Below are positions 34,102 to 34,812 of a stretch of 34,812 nt of DNA, one piece after another. The translations under genes were made by a program, and so were the position numbers. This DNA comes from a virus (taxonomy: Duplodnaviria > Caudoviricetes): positions 1 through 34,812 of IMG/VR virus record IMGVR_UViG_3300021476_000017. One strand, 5' to 3'. Position 1 is the stretch's first letter, and each line of letters begins with the position of its first letter. A model generated the notes under the pieces. The model saw nothing but the letters and a program-made list of their open reading frames with translations. It was not told where the DNA came from and did not search any database.

Positions 34102-34677
34102 TTAGCTGAACGAAACACCATTGGAAGAAATGACTTTCCATCTTGAATTATATGAAGCAATTAATAAAGATGCTCCTTTATTAGCATTCCAAGTAGCCGT
34201 TAAGACAGCATTACCGCCGCTATCTAACGTTCCACCAGTAAATGTTAGAGTATGTGCAAATGCTTGATCACTCGTTATTAATATTTCAACACCATCACCG
34301 GCAGGAGAAGCATTCGGAGCCGCAATGGTATCTGCTAGAATACCAGCTTTAGTGATTACATACTGCCTAGATTGATTAATAGGAATTGCACCATTTGTTG
34401 TAAGTGTATTCCAGCTATAAGCATGATAACTTCCAAATAGAATTTGCCACGTAGGACTTGCAAGAGTATTAACATTTATGTAAATATCACCATTTATAAA
34501 ATCAATTAAAATAGCACCTAATCCAGCCTGTCCAGCATAACTTCCAGAAGTCCCAGATGTAGGAGTACCATTATTAGTTACAATAGGAACATAATTATTA
34601 ATTAACGATCGCAACATCGCCCATATGTTAATGGGCGTGAAACTGAATGGTCCTACTTCCTGAGTTGTGACTGCCAT
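34102..34677 (-). CDS. putative capsid decoration / structural protein
   Basis: G/T/A-rich; GTPTSGT....G....G...ID...G..YIN..T.ASPTW pattern; AAGGA RBS. Confidence 0.6.
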   Translation of the reverse strand: MAVTTQEVGPFSFTPINIWAMLRSLINNYVPIVTNNGTPTSGTSGSYAGQAGLGAILIDFINGDIYINVNTLASPTWQILFGSYHAYSWNTLTTNGAIPINQSRQYVITKAGILADTIAAPNASPAGDGVEILITSDQAFAHTLTFTGGTLDSGGNAVLTATWNANKGASLLIASYNSRWKVISSNGVSFS

Positions 34678-34692
34678 TTATTCACATCCTTT

Positions 34693-34808
34693 CGAATGAT
34701 TCCTTCCAGGCAAAAGAAGGAACAGAGTGTAATAAAGGAGAGAGCAGGAATCATAAACCATCAGCGAACTATTAATTCGCCGACTCCCTTCTGCCGGTTC
34801 ATGATTAT
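34693..34808 (-). promoter_or_regulatory. structured intergenic RNA element upstream of 34677
   Basis: Minus-strand AATCATGAACC/GGTTTATGATT stem enclosing a GTCGGCGAA/TTCGCTGAT hairpin; second hairpin TTCCTTC/GAAGGAA. Confidence 0.4.
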
Positions 34809-34812
34809 CCTA

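Noticed and set aside
1-34812. Alternative genetic code or integrated-prophage features
   Set aside because: Genes are full length and tightly packed in code 11; no integrase, repressor pair or host flanks are visible

Overview
A 34.8-kb AT-rich segment of a tailed dsDNA phage genome, with a podovirus-like virion gene set; the host cannot be determined from this window. It has four parts. (1) Positions 1-1191 hold the start of a leftward late operon: a possible small terminase, small ORFs and a holin-like gene. (2) Positions ~1200-2900 are a control region with AT-rich repeats, a GC-richer cassette bounded by two identical GGT(G7)T motifs, divergent sigma70-like promoters and a structured leader RNA. 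(3) Positions 2908-17808 are a rightward early/replication arm: SNF2 helicase, C39-like peptidase, Cas4-like exonuclease, Sak4-like ATPase, SSB, a UDG-exonuclease-PolA fusion, an HNH remnant, DUF3987 helicase, DUF3310-like and MazG genes. (4) Positions 17906-34677 are a leftward virion arm: ejection proteins, GH24 lysozyme, tail fibre, nozzle and adaptor. Large terminase, portal and major capsid lie outside the window. The most notable observations are: a TMTC-like GT-C glycosyltransferase split into two genes in swapped order beside a signal-peptide Ser/Thr-rich protein; a deoxyhypusine-synthase-family gene coupled between ejection-protein genes; at least 41 copies of the quasi-palindrome AGCSGCT; a pure (TAC/AAC)35 tract inside a gene; and several structured non-coding RNAs. 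All functional calls come from reading motifs by eye; no searches were run.
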